Shown here in pieces: positions 28,741-39,529 of a stretch of DNA of 64,000 nt (its first letter is position 1; every line of letters begins with the position of its first letter). The notes under the pieces were generated by a model. It searched no databases. It was not told where the DNA came from and worked only from the letters and a program-made list of their open reading frames with translations. Made by a program: the position numbers and the translations under genes. The DNA is from Chloroflexota bacterium. GTDB taxonomy: Bacteria; Chloroflexota; UBA11872. The DNA lies in the NCBI GenBank assembly GCA_965247475.1, contig OZ252016.1, positions 1,951,625-2,015,624 of the forward strand, written 5' to 3'.

Positions 28741-29313
28741 ATGGCGAGGCAACTGATCGGCCGACGCACGTTCCTGGCGACGGCTGCGCTCGTGGGCCTC
28801 GCGGTGCTTGGCGCCTGCGGCGCCGCGAGCAGCGGCGATGGAGCGACCGTTCGATCCGCCGCCACGGGTCGCGTGCTGCCGAATAACACCGTTCTCACCG
28901 AGGCCGACGCGGGCCAGCCGATCGAAGTTGCGCGGTACATCTACGACATCGGGCTGCCCGACAAGAAGGGGTTGGAGATACGGCTCACCGGCGACGACGC
29001 CTCGACGCTTCGGTGGCGCTTTGTCGACAAGCCTGATCCGTTACTGATGGAGTGGCACGCGGTCGACGGCGCGCCCGCGTTCGAGACCGACGGGCTGCTC
29101 GGCAACCCCACCACCGCGTCGAAGCTGCTCGAGTTCCGCGCCACCGGTGTGGGTGAAGGGGTGCTCGCGTTCGAACTGGTCGAACAAGCGCCGTCCGAGC
29201 GCACGGGACCGCCCGCCAAGCGGTTGGAGTTCCCGTTCAAGGCCTTCTGGCAGGACGACGGCACCATCCGGGAAGCGGTCCCGTGCTACGCGGGCTACGG
29301 GTCCTGCCGCTGA
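28741..29313 (+). CDS. Paralogous lipoprotein family member 6
   Basis: GRRTFL twin-arginine motif, LGAC; shared core; tail ...VPCYAGYGSCR. Confidence 0.9.
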   Translation: MARQLIGRRTFLATAALVGLAVLGACGAASSGDGATVRSAATGRVLPNNTVLTEADAGQPIEVARYIYDIGLPDKKGLEIRLTGDDASTLRWRFVDKPDPLLMEWHAVDGAPAFETDGLLGNPTTASKLLEFRATGVGEGVLAFELVEQAPSERTGPPAKRLEFPFKAFWQDDGTIREAVPCYAGYGSCR

Positions 29314-29861
29314 GCTGAGGCCGCGGGCGGGCCGCCGCTCGCGCGCTCGATGCGCGCGCGGCGTTCGGCGGCTTGGATGAAGTCGGTCTTTGCCAAGTTG
29401 TAGCCCGGCCTATCCGCCGCGAACTCGCGGGCCAGCCGACGTTTCAGCGCCTCATATTCGCGCGCCACCGATCGATCGCGCCCGAGAAGGTCCCGAAACA
29501 GGAGATGGAGGTCCCAGAACTCGCTCCCGATCGCGACCACGTGCAGGTGGAAGCGGCGCGGCCGCTTGCCCTTGTCGAAGTAATGCCAGCCCGGAATCTC
29601 CCCTTCGGCGCGATACGCGTACCCGATCCCAGCAAGCGGATCGAGAAGATCGCCGACGCGGCCGATGTCGCCCAGCCCGGCCATCATGTCGATCGTGGGC
29701 TTGGCCGCAAGGCCCGGGACGGCGGTGCTGCCCACGTGTTCGAGGCGCTCGATTCGCCCGGAAGCCACGCGCTCGATACGCGCGCGTTCCCGGAGGAACC
29801 GGTCCGGCCACGCCGGGTCATAGTCGACGATGACGACGCGGCGCGGCTGCTGGTCGTTCAG
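29295..29861 (-). CDS. GrpB family protein
   Basis: VVIVDYDPAWP, LEHVGSTAVPGLAAKPTIDM, FHLHVV, LLFRD.L, YEALKRRLA, YNLAKTDFI. Start is approximate. Confidence 0.9.
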   Translation of the reverse strand: MNDQQPRRVVIVDYDPAWPDRFLRERARIERVASGRIERLEHVGSTAVPGLAAKPTIDMMAGLGDIGRVGDLLDPLAGIGYAYRAEGEIPGWHYFDKGKRPRRFHLHVVAIGSEFWDLHLLFRDLLGRDRSVAREYEALKRRLAREFAADRPGYNLAKTDFIQAAERRARIERASGGPPAASAQRQDP

Positions 29862-29973
29862 TGAACGGCCCCGAGTCTGACGGAGAGTCAGGTCACGGCG
29901 CCCCGCTCTCCGGCTGGACCTGCACACGATACGGCGCGGCTGCTTGGATGGACTCGCGGCAGGCCTCCAGTCC

Positions 29974-30056
29974 GGGTCGGAATGACCGTCAACCCGTTGC
30001 ACTGCCGACCGCCTAGGCCCCTGGCCCCCCCGGCGTCCGCCGGGGTGACGGAGGGG
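29974..30056. repeat. Intergenic repeat (GGAATGAC plus E module)
   Basis: Matches 23492-23570 and 6033-6062. Confidence 0.75.
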
Positions 30057-30083
30057 AGTCCGACGAGGGGCGGAGTGCCGGGC

Positions 30084-31265
30084 TTAGTGCTTGGGTCGAA
30101 AGACCGCCATGCTGGCGGTGAAGCCGTGAATGAAGTTGGTGCCGCCGATCGGGCCGAGCTCACCGCCGCAGAAGAATCCCGCCACGGGGACATCCTCGCC
30201 GAGCGCCGTGCGCACGACCGAGATATCGCCGTCCGGATACCCGTACATGCGCGATCCGCGGCCATTGCAGGTGAAGAGCAGCGCGCCGGCGGCTTGATCC
30301 TCGAAGGCCTGCGGCGTGAGCAGCATCTCGAGGTCCTCACGCGCCGTGCCGGCGTCGCGCACGTGAAACTGCACCACGTCGCCCCGCTCGAGCAGATCGC
30401 CAACCGCGAGCGCGCCCGACTGCTGATCGGCGCCCAGCAGCGTGCGGATCAGAAAGGCCCCGCGTCCGAGGTCGCCGGGCTCGCGCGACACGCCGCGGCC
30501 CAGCAGCACGCCGCCGGTGCGCATGGCGGTCTGCGTCTCCTCGTCGGCCGACTCGAACGCCTCGCGCAGGCACTCGATCGGACTGCGGCCCTCGAGCTCG
30601 GTGATGAACTGGCGGTTGCTGCCGGTCACGGAGAGCGGCCGACCGATCGGGCGGCAGCCCTGCGAGACGATGATGCCCAGATCCACATTGCCGCGCAGTG
30701 TTACGCCCACCAGTCCGGCGGTCCGAATGGCATCGTCTTGGGCCAGTCGGTTCGTGCCGGCGGACGACCCCCAGCTGGCGACGCCGCCGATCACGGGCGC
30801 ATCCGGCGCCCACGCGGAGAGCTGCTCCAGGACCTGGTCCACCTGAACAGAGAAGGGGTCGAGCAGCACGATGAAGGCCTCGATCGGACCGTCCTCACCA
30901 TTGGCCAGCGTCGGGTCGCGCTCGTCATCGGCCATGACGGGCAGGCCGGTCGTGGGATGCGTGTCCAGCGGCAGCGGTTCGATGTGGACATCGGGCAGCG
31001 CGGCGGCGAGGATCGCCGTTGCCGGGCGGCCCTCGATCTCGTGTCCGGAGCCGATGACGCTCTCGGCGGTGCACGCGAGGAAGCGTCCCGCGGGCAGGGC
31101 GCCGCGAACAGCGCGAATGACGTCCTCCGGCGGCGCTTCGGGCGGGGGGCGGGTGAACGCGATCAGCAAGTCGTACGCGGACGCGCGCTGCGGCAGCTGA
31201 TCGTTGAGATCGGCGACGATGTCGGCGGGGTCAGACTCGAGCGACGCGGCCGACCAGAATTGCAT
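30084..31265 (-). CDS. FIST N/C domain protein
   Basis: CTAESVIG, PVIGGVAS, VSQGCRPIG, VQFHVRD, ALLFTCNGRG, GFFCGGELGP. Confidence 0.9.
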   Translation of the reverse strand: MQFWSAASLESDPADIVADLNDQLPQRASAYDLLIAFTRPPPEAPPEDVIRAVRGALPAGRFLACTAESVIGSGHEIEGRPATAILAAALPDVHIEPLPLDTHPTTGLPVMADDERDPTLANGEDGPIEAFIVLLDPFSVQVDQVLEQLSAWAPDAPVIGGVASWGSSAGTNRLAQDDAIRTAGLVGVTLRGNVDLGIIVSQGCRPIGRPLSVTGSNRQFITELEGRSPIECLREAFESADEETQTAMRTGGVLLGRGVSREPGDLGRGAFLIRTLLGADQQSGALAVGDLLERGDVVQFHVRDAGTAREDLEMLLTPQAFEDQAAGALLFTCNGRGSRMYGYPDGDISVVRTALGEDVPVAGFFCGGELGPIGGTNFIHGFTASMAVFRPKH

Positions 31266-31394
31266 CGAGCTGCCGAGCCGTGTGACGGGCAGGCCGTGGT
31301 CGCGAAGATCAGGCCCGCACGAATGGTGCCCTCAACTCTACACTTGGCGACTGCCTGAGGCGCCGGGCGGTGAAAGGACGGGGGCACTTCCACG

Positions 31395-32432
31395 ATGACA
31401 GGTCAGGAACGGTTCCTCGCGGTCGTGCACGGCGAGGAGCCGGACCGGGTGCCCTACATCGAGGCCGGCATCGACTTTCCGTTCGTGTGTCGTCTGCTGG
31501 ACATCGACCTCGCGGCCGACGAGCTCTTCGACTCGGGCGAGTACCAGACGACCCCGATCGATCTGCAACTCGCGGTGAACGACACGCTCCACCGCTCGAA
31601 CCTGACCTACCATCAGCCGCCGCCGATCCCGGCGCACAAGGTGCCCGGCCAGGACCAGATTCTGTTCTTCCATGACAGGTATCTGAAGACGTGGGACGAC
31701 TTCGATCAGCTCACGTTCCCGGACTTGGAGGGCGAGGAGGTGCGGGGACCGGCCCGTGCGTTCCTAGCGCGGCGCGGGGATCACGCCGCGATCCTGAGCA
31801 CGCGCGTGGGGTTCTCCTCGACCTATCTGGGGATGGGGATGGGAATGGAGCACTTCTACCTGACCCTGAAGGATGATCCGAAGCTGGTCACGGAGGTCTT
31901 CCGGCGCTACACCGATTGATCGGCGCAGGCTGTGTACTTCGCGCACGAGATGGAGTTCGACGCAATCTGGACATCGGACGACATCGCCGGCAAGACCGGG
32001 CTGTTGTGGTCGCCGCAGATGTTCGATGAGATCTTCTGGCCGTATGCGTCAAACTTCGCCGCGGCGGTGCACGACACGGGCCTGCCGTGGATCTATCACA
32101 GCGACGGGAACCTCTGGAAGATCCTGCCGCAGCTGGTAGAGCTGGGAATCACGGGGCTGAATCCGATCGAGCCGGCCTGCATGGAGATCGGCGAGGTGCG
32201 GGAGACATTTCCCGAGCTGGCGCTGTTTGGGAACGTGGATATGGACCTGCTGGCGCGCGGAACCGCCGACCAGGTACGCGCCACCGCTCGCGGCCTGATT
32301 CGCAAACTCGGGCCGTCGCGTCGGTTCGCGCTGTCGTCGGGCAACAGTGTGGCGAGCTACTGCAAGGTGGAGAACGTGCGCGCGATGTGCGACGCGGTCA
32401 CTGAGTTCGGGGGCTATCCGATCGCGGCATGA
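31395..32432 (+). pseudogene. Uroporphyrinogen decarboxylase-family protein interrupted by an in-frame TGA (31917-31919)
   Basis: ERFLAVVHGEEPDRVP...KDDPKLV...RYTD*SAQAV...SDDIAGKTG...YHSDGN...NPIEP...ALFGNVD...FALSSGNS; both halves are in the same frame. Confidence 0.85.
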
Positions 32433-32522
32433 GCAGACGGGCCGGGTGGCCACGACAGCGGCTCGCGGCGTGGAGGGTTCAAGGCACGCGCCGCCCGGTC
32501 CTGTGCGGGAGACGGTTGGGGC

Positions 32523-32547
32523 GGGCAACCACAAGGGTTGCCCCTAC
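32523..32547 (-). repeat. GTAG-type REP palindrome
   Basis: Minus strand GTAGGGGCAACCCTTGTGGTTGCCC: GTAG tetranucleotide followed by GGGCAACC/GGTTGCCC stem. Confidence 0.7.
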
Positions 32548-32565
32548 CGGACGGCGCGGGAGGGC

Positions 32566-33327
32566 TCAGCCGGTGCGGCCGCCGTCGAGGCGAAGGATCT
32601 GGCTGGTGGCCATCGTGTTGTGCGCGACGAAAGCGATGACCGCGTCCGCGACGTCCTCGGGCTGTAGCACCTTGCCCAGCAACGCGTCTTTGATGACGAA
32701 GCCGCGCCGCGCCATGTGCGTCTCCTGATCGACCGCCTGCTGATGCCACTCGGTGTCGATCCAGCCGGGGGCCACGCAGTTCACCCGCACCGTGGGCGCG
32801 AGCGCACGCGACAGGGTCTTGGTCATGCTGTGGACGACCGCCTTGGAGGCGCAGTAGGGGATCGAGCTGCCGCCGTTCCCGAAACCGGCCGTCGAGCCGA
32901 TGTTCACGACGACGCCGTCGCCTGATTCCTTGAGTTGGGGGGCGGCGGCGCGAGTGACCTGGAACATGCCGCGCACGTTCGTCTGGAAGATGTCGTCCCA
33001 CACATCGTCGGTGACGCCCTCGAGGTCCGGGATGTTGACGAAGCGCGTGATGGCCGCGTTGTTCACCAGGATGTCGAGCCCGCCCAGGGCATCGACGGTC
33101 TCTTCGACCAGCCGGCGCGCGTCCGCGTCGATCCCGACATCCGCCTGGATCGGGACGGCCGTGACGCCGTGCTCGCGCGCTTGGGACGCCACTTGCTCGG
33201 CGCGGTCCCGCGCGCGGACGTAGTTCACCCCGACGGACGCGCCGAGTTCGGCGAGCCCCAACACGATCGCCGCGCCGGCGCCTCGGCTGCCGCCGGTGAC
33301 GAGCGCGCGTCTGCCCTTCAGTCTCAT
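32566..33327 (-). CDS. Short-chain dehydrogenase/reductase (FabG-like)
   Basis: VTGGSRGAG, LVNNAA, YCASK (YxxxK), VRVNCVAPGWIDT. Confidence 0.93.
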   Translation of the reverse strand: MRLKGRRALVTGGSRGAGAAIVLGLAELGASVGVNYVRARDRAEQVASQAREHGVTAVPIQADVGIDADARRLVEETVDALGGLDILVNNAAITRFVNIPDLEGVTDDVWDDIFQTNVRGMFQVTRAAAPQLKESGDGVVVNIGSTAGFGNGGSSIPYCASKAVVHSMTKTLSRALAPTVRVNCVAPGWIDTEWHQQAVDQETHMARRGFVIKDALLGKVLQPEDVADAVIAFVAHNTMATSQILRLDGGRTG

Positions 33328-33483
33328 GGGTCCCTCCCGGTCCTGCCGTGCATCATCGGAACACGCATCGTATTACGGAACGTGGCCGCGCCGCTTGGCC
33401 GCGCAAGCGGCGCGGGGTGAGAATCGAGCGGCCCCGAGCGGCCCCGAGCGGCCGCGATGCCCCGCCCCACAACGAGGAGCCAC

Positions 33484-35520
33484 GTGCCCAACCAGCTCGC
33501 GAACGAGACCAGTCCGTACCTGCTGCAGCACAAGAACAACCCGGTGGATTGGTTTCCATGGGGAGAGCGCGCGCTGGCGAAGGCGCGGTCGGAGAACAAG
33601 CCGATCTTTCTGAGCATCGGGTACGCGGCGTGCCACTGGTGCCACGTGATGGAGCACGAGTCGTTCGAGGACTCCGAGACTGCTCAAGACCTCAACGAAC
33701 GGTTCGTCGCTATCAAGGTCGACCGCGAGGAGCGGCCCGATCTCGACCAGATCTACATGAGCGCCGTGCAGCAGCTGACCGGCCAGGGCGGGTGGCCGAT
33801 GAGCGTCTTCCTGACGCCGGAGGGGAAGCCGTTCCACGGCGGCACGTACTTTCCGCCCGAGCCTCGAATGGGAATGCCGTCCTTCCGGCAGGTGCTCACG
33901 GCCGTCGCCGACGCCTGGCGCGACCGCCCCGCTGATCTGCTCACGGGCGCGGAGCGGCTGACCATGGCGATCGACGAGGCGGGCCTGTCGGACTTCGCGT
34001 CGGCGGCGATGACGCAGGCCGACCTGGACGCGGCGACCAGCCTGATGGTCAGCGGGCACGATCGGCAGCACGGCGGCTGGGGAACGGCGCCGAAGTTCCC
34101 GCAGCCGATGACGCTCGAATACCTGCTCCGCCGGCACCTGGCCACCGGTGAGGAACTGCCGCGCGCGGTGATCGACCGCACCCTGCACTCGATGGCCCGA
34201 GGGGGCATCTACGATCAGCTCGGCGGCGGCTTCCATCGCTACAGCGTCGATGCCGAGTGGCTGGTGCCGCACTTCGAGAAGATGCTCTACGACAACGCGC
34301 AGCTCGCGCGTCTGTACGTGCACGCGTGGCAGGTGACGGGCGACGCGCTCTACCGCCGGGTCGCGGAAGAGACGCTCGACTACGTGCGGCGCGAGATGAC
34401 GCACCCCGCGGGCGGGTTCTACAGCACACAGGACGCGGACTCCGAGGGCGAGGAGGGCAAGTACTTCGTCTGGAGCGCGGAGGAAGTCCGCCAGGTGCTG
34501 GGCGACGACGCCGAGCTGTTCATGGACGGCTACGGGGTGTCGGTCGGCGGCAACTGGGAAGGCGCGAACATCCTGCACGTGACTCGTGACCCGGATGTGC
34601 TGGCGTTCCGACACGAACTCGATACGCCGGCGATCGAGCCAAAGCTCGCCGACGCCCGGCGGCGGCTGCTCCAGGCCCGCGAGCCGCGGGTTCGACCAGG
34701 GCTGGACGACAAGATCGTGACCGCGTGGAACGGGCTGATGCTGGCGGCATTCGCCGGCGCGGCGCGGGCGCTGGGGCGTGACGACTACCGCGCAACCGCG
34801 ATCGCCGCCGGCGAGTTTGCGCTCGAACACCTATGGCGCGACGGAGGCCGGCTGTATCGAATCTGGAAGGACGGCGAGGCGAAGCTCAACGGCTATCTGG
34901 AGGACTATGCGTTCCTCGCGGAAGGGTTCATCGAGCTCTACGAGACCACGTTCGACGAGCGCTGGTTCGAGGCCGCCCGCCGGTTGTCGGACTCGATGCT
35001 GGAGCACTTTGCCGATCCCGACGGCGGCTTCTTCGACACGAGCCACGACCACGAGGCGCTGCTGATTCGACCCAGAGATCTGCAGGACAATGCGACGCCG
35101 TCAGGCAACGGGATGGCCGTGACCGTGCTGACCCGCATGCACGCACTGACCGCCGACGCTCGCTACCTGCGCAGCGTGGAGGCGGCGTTGCCATTGGTGG
35201 GGCAGGCCGCGCGCAGATTCCCCACCGCGTTCGGTCAGTGGCTGGTCGCCGCTGACTCTGCGCTCGGCGGGGCGCGTGAGGTCGCCATCACGGGCCACGC
35301 CGACGACGCCGCGACGCACGCGCTCATCAAGACCGCATTCGCCAGCTACCGTCCCCGGCAGGTGGTGGCCGCCGGGCCGCCCGATCACAGATCGATGGTG
35401 CCGTTGCTTGCGGACCGACCACAGCTGAACGGCAAAGCAACGGCGTACGTGTGTCAGAATTTCGTGTGCAACATGCCGGTGACCGAGCCTGCCAAGCTGG
35501 CCGAGCAGCTGGGCGCCTAG
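33484..35520 (+). CDS. yyaL: Thioredoxin domain-containing protein YyaL/SSP411 family
   Basis: [62 protein letters not shown]. Confidence 0.95.
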   Translation: MPNQLANETSPYLLQHKNNPVDWFPWGERALAKARSENKPIFLSIGYAACHWCHVMEHESFEDSETAQDLNERFVAIKVDREERPDLDQIYMSAVQQLTGQGGWPMSVFLTPEGKPFHGGTYFPPEPRMGMPSFRQVLTAVADAWRDRPADLLTGAERLTMAIDEAGLSDFASAAMTQADLDAATSLMVSGHDRQHGGWGTAPKFPQPMTLEYLLRRHLATGEELPRAVIDRTLHSMARGGIYDQLGGGFHRYSVDAEWLVPHFEKMLYDNAQLARLYVHAWQVTGDALYRRVAEETLDYVRREMTHPAGGFYSTQDADSEGEEGKYFVWSAEEVRQVLGDDAELFMDGYGVSVGGNWEGANILHVTRDPDVLAFRHELDTPAIEPKLADARRRLLQAREPRVRPGLDDKIVTAWNGLMLAAFAGAARALGRDDYRATAIAAGEFALEHLWRDGGRLYRIWKDGEAKLNGYLEDYAFLAEGFIELYETTFDERWFEAARRLSDSMLEHFADPDGGFFDTSHDHEALLIRPRDLQDNATPSGNGMAVTVLTRMHALTADARYLRSVEAALPLVGQAARRFPTAFGQWLVAADSALGGAREVAITGHADDAATHALIKTAFASYRPRQVVAAGPPDHRSMVPLLADRPQLNGKATAYVCQNFVCNMPVTEPAKLAEQLGA

Positions 35521-35575
35521 ACGCCGGGTCGAGCGACGTGCCGCCAGCCCAGCGCCCCGCCGCGATCGAGGTTCC

Positions 35576-36463
35576 GTGATGGACGTTCTACGGATCACAC
35601 CCCGCGGGTTCTGCCACGGTGTGGTGGACGCGATCCGGCTGGCCCGCGAGTCGGGGACGGCGCACGAAGGCCCCGTCTACATGCTCGGGTACCTCGTCCA
35701 CAACGCTCACGTCGTGGACGAGATGGCCCAGTATGGCGTGGAGCTGATCGATTTCGACGATCGCCTGCGGGGACTGGATCAGATCGATCGGGGTACGGTG
35801 ATCCTGACCGCCCACGGAGTGTCGCCGACGGTGAAGGCACGCGCGATGGCGAAGGGCCTGACCATGATCGACGCGACCTGCTCGGACGTATACGTGACGC
35901 ACGACCTGATCATCGATCTGGTCGGCAAGGGCTACGAGATCGTCTACGTGGGCAAGCAAGGTCATCCTGAACCCGAGGGCGCGATCGGCGAGGCGCCGGG
36001 GCACGTGCATCTGGTCACATCGGTCGAGGACGTGCACGAGCTGGCGCTGGACGGCGCCAAGGTCGCCGTCACCACGCAGACGACGCTGAGCATCTGGGAC
36101 ACGAAAGAGATCACCGACGCGGTGGTTGCCAAGTACCCGCACGCCGAGGTCCACAACGACATCTGTCTCGCGACGCAGGATCGTCAGGAGGCGGCCGTGA
36201 CCGCCGCCGCCGAGTGCGACCTGGTGCTTGTGGTGGGCAGCCAGCGCAGCTCCAACTCGAAGCGGCTGGTGGAGGTGGTGCGGAACATCGCCCAGACCCC
36301 CGCCTACCTGGTTGACTGCATCGACGACATCGACCTGGCGTGGCTGGAGGGCGGCCAGCGGGTCGGCGTGACGGCGGGCGCCTCGACGCCGGCGCGGGTG
36401 ACGCGCGAGATCATCGAGTTCGTGGAGACGTACGAGCCGGAGGCGGTGGCGCAGGGGGCGTAG
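35576..36463 (+). CDS. ispH: 4-hydroxy-3-methylbut-2-enyl diphosphate reductase
   Basis: PRGFCHGV, LVHN, TAHGV, DATC, HPE, TQTTLS, ICLATQDRQ, SSNS, GVTAGASTP. Confidence 0.96.
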   Translation: MMDVLRITPRGFCHGVVDAIRLARESGTAHEGPVYMLGYLVHNAHVVDEMAQYGVELIDFDDRLRGLDQIDRGTVILTAHGVSPTVKARAMAKGLTMIDATCSDVYVTHDLIIDLVGKGYEIVYVGKQGHPEPEGAIGEAPGHVHLVTSVEDVHELALDGAKVAVTTQTTLSIWDTKEITDAVVAKYPHAEVHNDICLATQDRQEAAVTAAAECDLVLVVGSQRSSNSKRLVEVVRNIAQTPAYLVDCIDDIDLAWLEGGQRVGVTAGASTPARVTREIIEFVETYEPEAVAQGA

Positions 36464-36622
36464 GCCGAGGCAGGCAGACGCGCTCCAAGACCGACGAACG
36501 CGGCACCGCACACGTTATGTCGAGCCGTGACGGGTGCCGGTCAACAGCCGCGCACCTTCAAGCAAACCCTTTCGCCAGCAGCGTGGAGAGCGTCTGAGCC
36601 GCGGGTGCGGCGATCCGACCGG

Positions 36623-37681
36623 CTAGACGCGCAGGGATACTCCGCGGCGCTCGGCAAGCGTGTTGAGCTCGTCGAGCGTCCCCTCGAGCAGCGGCACGCC
36701 GTTGGCCTTCGCGTCATCCATGCGCTCCCACTCCATCTCGCCGGCGACGTAAATCCGCTCGGTGCCCTCGGCGCGCTCGGCCTCGTGCATCTGACGGATC
36801 TGCCGGTCCATGCGCGCCTTGAACTCATCGACCGGCATGAAGGCTGCGACGTCGATGGCCTGAAAGACATGGCCGACGCCGCCGGGCCAGCCGGCGTCCG
36901 TCCGGGCGCCAACCTCCGTCCCGAAGGCGCCGCCGGATAGCACGCCGGCGACGGCGTCAACGACCTGGGCCAGACTCGACCCCTTAGGACCGCCGATGGG
37001 CACGGCGGCGCCACCATCCAGATGCGCCTGCAGATCCGTGGTGGGCCGTCCCTGACTGTCGAGCAACAGGCCCGGTGGGATTGGGTGCCCGAGGCCGCTG
37101 AGAATCATGATCCGTTGGTTCGCGACCATGGCCATGGCCATGTCGAGCACCAGCGGGCGCTCATCCGCGGCCGGCACGGCGTACGCGATGGGATTGTTCC
37201 CGGGCACGCGCGACCGTCCGCCGAACGGGAACAGGACAGAACGGGTATTGGTGGCCGCGTACCCGATCATGTCGTGCTCCAGCGCCATGATGGCGAAGTG
37301 CGCCGCCGCGCCCAGGTGGGTGCTGTTGCGTGTCAGGCCGATCGCGGTTCCCAGCCCGCGCGCCTTCTCGATGACGGCCTGCATGGTCGCGTGCGCGGCG
37401 ACCTGCCCGGGCCCGTAGTCGCCATCGAATACGACGGTGGCCCGCGTCTCGCTCACCAATCGCACGTTCGGGCGCTGGTTGACCTCGCCGTCGTCAAATC
37501 GCTGCTCGTAGAGCGGCAGCAGGTGGTGGCCGTGGGTCTGCACGCCGCGCATGTCGGCTTCGAGCAGATTGGCCTCGACGATCGCGGCGTGCTCGGCACT
37601 GAGTCCGAAGCTGCGGAGGATGGCCACGCCAAACGCATCGAGGGCGGCGGCTGAGACTCGCCGGGTGGGAGCGTCGTACAC
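36623..37681 (-). CDS. Ldh_2 family oxidoreductase (malate/L-lactate/ureidoglycolate dehydrogenase-like)
   Basis: ADMRGVQTHG, RNSTHLG, GNNPIAYAVP, LDMA, GGPKGSSLA, ERIYVAGE. Confidence 0.92.
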   Translation of the reverse strand: MYDAPTRRVSAAALDAFGVAILRSFGLSAEHAAIVEANLLEADMRGVQTHGHHLLPLYEQRFDDGEVNQRPNVRLVSETRATVVFDGDYGPGQVAAHATMQAVIEKARGLGTAIGLTRNSTHLGAAAHFAIMALEHDMIGYAATNTRSVLFPFGGRSRVPGNNPIAYAVPAADERPLVLDMAMAMVANQRIMILSGLGHPIPPGLLLDSQGRPTTDLQAHLDGGAAVPIGGPKGSSLAQVVDAVAGVLSGGAFGTEVGARTDAGWPGGVGHVFQAIDVAAFMPVDEFKARMDRQIRQMHEAERAEGTERIYVAGEMEWERMDDAKANGVPLLEGTLDELNTLAERRGVSLRV

Positions 37682-37748
37682 GCGCCTCGTCCTCTCAAAG
37701 GCCGGGGCCGGACAGGCAGCCCGGCCGCGCGGGGATTGTAGATGAAGG

Positions 37749-38114
37749 ATGGAATCCGGCCCGTTGCTACCATCGGCGGGCCAGGAAGCTCGACCACTGA
37801 TGCGCATGACCTCGCCAACGCTCGCCGGACTGGATTTCAAGGCGCTGATCGACGGTCTCTACGCCGCGCCCGAGCAGCGTCATGCCGTTGCGGTCGAGAG
37901 CGAGGACGACGTGGCGCACGTCCGTACGGAGCTGGAAGCAACGCTCGAACGCGTGCACGGACCGGACGCGGTGGCCGGCCGAGGTGTGCGGATCGCGGTC
38001 GAGCGCGACGATGATGAACAGCCGTGCCGGGTGTGGCTGTGGCGCAGCCTGGTCGGCGGGCAGCGCGTGGGGCGCGAGGGCTTCAGCGGAAAGCAGCGCA
38101 GCCGGCGGACGTAG
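37749..38114 (+). CDS. Small hypothetical protein
   Basis: Coding-like composition in the gap between divergent and convergent genes; no motif recognised. Confidence 0.4.
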   Translation: MESGPLLPSAGQEARPLMRMTSPTLAGLDFKALIDGLYAAPEQRHAVAVESEDDVAHVRTELEATLERVHGPDAVAGRGVRIAVERDDDEQPCRVWLWRSLVGGQRVGREGFSGKQRSRRT

Positions 38115-38164
38115 GCGCCGGGGCTCTCGAGGCGCGCGGTTAGGCCGGGCGCGAGCGGCGGGGC

Positions 38165-38235
38165 GGCTCCTTCGATGGACTCAGGATGGGCCTTTGCCGG
38201 TCGGGTGGCCGTGGGATTCCTCGCCTGCGGCTCGA
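38165..38235. repeat. Intergenic repeat (A plus B)
   Basis: CTCCTTCGATGGACTCAGG...GCCGGTCGGGTGGCCGTGGGATTCCTCGCCTGCGGCTC. Confidence 0.75.
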
Positions 38236-38284
38236 CGCTCCTATGTCAAGGCGAGGCGGGTTCTTGCCGAAGGCCGGGCGCTCG

Positions 38285-38968
38285 CTAGTGGCCCATGCGC
38301 TTGAGGGCCTCGTCGAGCGTGTAGTCGTCCGAATTTATGAACGCGCGGGCCTCGAGCTCGAACTGGCGGTCCTTCTCGGCCGCTGCCAGGACCTCGTCGA
38401 CGACCTCGATCGGGACGGTCTGCACGCCGTCGACGTCGGCGTGGATGAGATCGCCGTTGTGGACGGTCAGCCCCTCGATCTCGACCGGCTCGCCGATGCT
38501 GGTGAACTGCCCCTGCCCGTGGGAAACAGTGGTTCCCTTGGCATAGACCTGGTAGCCCAGCGTGCCCACGTCCTCGAAATCGCGAAAGACGCCGTTGGTT
38601 ATCCAGGCCACCGCGCCCATCCGCCGCTGGAGCGTGACAGAGAAATCGCCGACGGTGCCGGCGCGTCCGGGCCGCGGGCCTACATCCTGCGCAACCACGA
38701 CCACCGGCTTCGGGGCGGCATCCACCGCTTCCATCAGGCTGCGATAGCCGACGGCCACCTCTCCGGCAGGTCTCGGGGTGGTGGTGTCGAACGTGGTGGT
38801 GACCGCGTAGCCCACAGTGACGCCGAGATGCGGATACATGCATATCAGTGGACCGGCGAAGCCTTCCAGCGGGCTTCGGACCCCGAGCGGCTCCATGACG
38901 GACGAGATGGTCGCGCTGTCAAACATCCGCAAAGCCTCGAGGGTCCGGCGAGGTAATGGGCCTGCCAC
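38285..38968 (-). CDS. RraA/HMG aldolase family protein
   Basis: FDSATIS, VGYAVT, GTVGD, ITNGVFRD, GDLIHADVDGV. Confidence 0.88.
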   Translation of the reverse strand: MAGPLPRRTLEALRMFDSATISSVMEPLGVRSPLEGFAGPLICMYPHLGVTVGYAVTTTFDTTTPRPAGEVAVGYRSLMEAVDAAPKPVVVVAQDVGPRPGRAGTVGDFSVTLQRRMGAVAWITNGVFRDFEDVGTLGYQVYAKGTTVSHGQGQFTSIGEPVEIEGLTVHNGDLIHADVDGVQTVPIEVVDEVLAAAEKDRQFELEARAFINSDDYTLDEALKRMGH

Positions 38969-39136
38969 GTGAATTCGCTCCCAGCGGGGTCGGTCGGGAG
39001 CGCGATCGTAGGGGGGTCAGCACACGCCGGTCAATCGAGGGGCGGCCGGCCGCCCGTCCACCCAGACGCGTGAGCGCACCGCGGCGCGCCGCCTACACTC
39101 GGCACGTTCTGATGTCACCGAAGAGAGGCCACCCGC

Positions 39137-39487
39137 ATGACCGTCTTCCATCCAGACAACCCGCCATTTGGGGCCAGCAGATTCGAGGGCATGCAGTCTC
39201 GACAAGTCATCGGACCCGATCGGGGGGCCGGAGCGGTGACGCTGGGCGAAGTGGCGCTGGACCGCGGCGCCGAGCTGCCGCTGCACCGTCATCGGGTCGA
39301 GGAGGCCTTCTACATCGCGGAGGGCGAGGGCACGCTCTTGTACGGCGACGAGACCCACGCGGTGTCCGAGGGCGACGCGCTGCTGGCGCCGGCCTTACAG
39401 CCGCACGGATTCCGAAACGAGGCCAGCGCGCGGCTGCGGGTCGTGTTCTTCTACCCGGCCGTCGAGGTGTGGACGGAGTTCATCTAG
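39137..39487 (+). CDS. Cupin domain protein
   Basis: LPLHRHRVEEAFYIAEGEG...GDALLAPALQPHGFRN. Confidence 0.9.
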   Translation: MTVFHPDNPPFGASRFEGMQSRQVIGPDRGAGAVTLGEVALDRGAELPLHRHRVEEAFYIAEGEGTLLYGDETHAVSEGDALLAPALQPHGFRNEASARLRVVFFYPAVEVWTEFI

Positions 39488-39529
39488 CAGCATTCGAGGC
39501 TGCGGCCGGGAATGGCAATGGGGGGACGG

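Noticed and set aside
31917-31960. Selenocysteine recoding of the URO-D TGA
   Set aside because: No convincing SECIS hairpin downstream, and the context fits Trp rather than Cys.
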